Origin: Lepidodermella squamata
Taxonomy: Eukaryota; Animalia; Gastrotricha
Direction of reading: 5' to 3'
Assembly (NCBI GenBank): GCA_047495785.1
Contig: JBLDXI010000054.1
Location: 3,348,001-3,412,000, forward strand
DNA: 64,000 bases
Below the pieces are notes generated by a model. That model saw nothing but the letters and a program-made list of their open reading frames with translations, was not told the DNA's origin and ran no database searches. A program made the position numbers and the translations under genes. Below, piece by piece: positions 62,801 through 64,000 of the stretch. Every line of letters starts with the position of its first letter. The first letter of the stretch is position 1.

Positions 62801-64000
62801 TAACCGACTCTGCGCTGCCAATATTTACTGTTCCCCTCACCCTGCTGCTCAGGTATCGGCGCTTCCATGAGACGTAGTAGGTACTCCTTATTGCTCGCAA
62901 CTTGAAATTCTCAAGTTGTCGATTCAGTTACGCGCTTGACACCCCCGAGTAAACAGCAGCATACCGTTAAACTGGTACGGAAACTATTTCTAGGTTGAGG
63001 CGAAGATTTATAGTCCATGGAAAGCGCTTAGGTGCTCACAATTTTGAATTACAATGTAAATAGTCGTGAGCTGGAATTTCTTGAATGTTCAAGGACTATT
63101 GCAAAATTTGTTCAAGTTGCAATTAAAAATTGGTTGTCGAAACCGGGCATTTACTCATTCGGAGCGATTGTTCAAAGTCAAATTTACGCCATTATTCACC
63201 CTTCATTTTTGCGATAGCACTCACAAGCATTATTCACGATGTTCAGGTTTCGGTTTCCACGACTTTTCTCGCGAACTTGATGTCATCGAAAAATTTGATT
63301 TGATTTGAATTAAGGGCTTAAATCTAAATCAGAGATAATCTATGCTCTGTAAGTCATATATGTTATATGGTGGAAGAATTATAAGAAATTATCTTCATTA
63401 TTGATACTGCTATCATACCTAAATTTTAATACTATTATCCAAGTGCATGTAAATTACATGTAAATTCTTCTAACCTAGACTGTTGTCGGTGGTTGTTCAT
63501 ATCGGATGTGCTCTAAACCGGACGTTTTTGCCTGGGGGGCCATCCTGGTCCGGTTTACACACCTTTCATATACTGTACGTTGCGCTAATTGAGATGCCGC
63601 AAAAGGATTCTTGCAACAAAAACAACACGTAAATCCGTGCGAAGGTGGAATATGACACTGAGCCAATTTCACGTTGAGCATGGAATTAGCCAACGCTCAT
63701 GAAAGAAGGCTGAATATGCGCCAGTAATTAAGTGACGTGAATTCACGCATTACTTGCTGATGATGACATTTTACACGATAACGCTACTAAAATAACTAAG
63801 ATTCATTTTCAAGTGGAGGGGTAAAAATGTTTTTTCTTATAACTCTGGTTTTTATATAATTAAGACATCATTGAAATTGAAGTAATTTTTGGATATAACG
63901 GACAGAATCTTCGATTAGGTTTATTAAAATTCGAAAAATGAGCTCGAAATAAATCTGAAAAATCACCCCAACAAGACAGCTCACTGTAAACCCAAAAATA

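Overview
This is eukaryotic DNA from an invertebrate animal with a very compact genome; the species cannot be identified from the sequence alone. Almost all introns are about 49-60 bp GT-AG, so the ORF track shows only exon fragments. Splicing by hand gives 18 protein-coding genes. In order they are: the 3' part of a membrane mucin (48-bp tandem repeat, SEA-like region, TM helix), two tandem clan-7-like cytochrome P450s, UBE2K, NDUFB11, a PRA1-family gene, a class II ARF, NT5C3, DDX42, RAB7, FAM114, p38 MAPK, PDHA1, VPS28, ATP6AP1, BicD, REXO4, twinfilin and a PIM kinase. At least five MITE/fold-back elements are present, plus a probable hAT relic with a MITE nested inside it. Two observations stand out. 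(1) The housekeeping genes sit in tight same-strand runs (RAB7>DDX42>NT5C3, PRA1>NDUFB11>UBE2K, VPS28>PDHA1, FAM114>p38). In most spacers a poly(A) signal is followed within tens of bases by an unpaired 3' splice acceptor and the next ATG, which is the layout of operons resolved by spliced-leader trans-splicing. (2) Both P450s have a heme loop three residues shorter than canonical and His/Val in the I-helix oxygen groove, suggesting non-standard chemistry. Exon boundaries were read by eye and may be off by a base or two.
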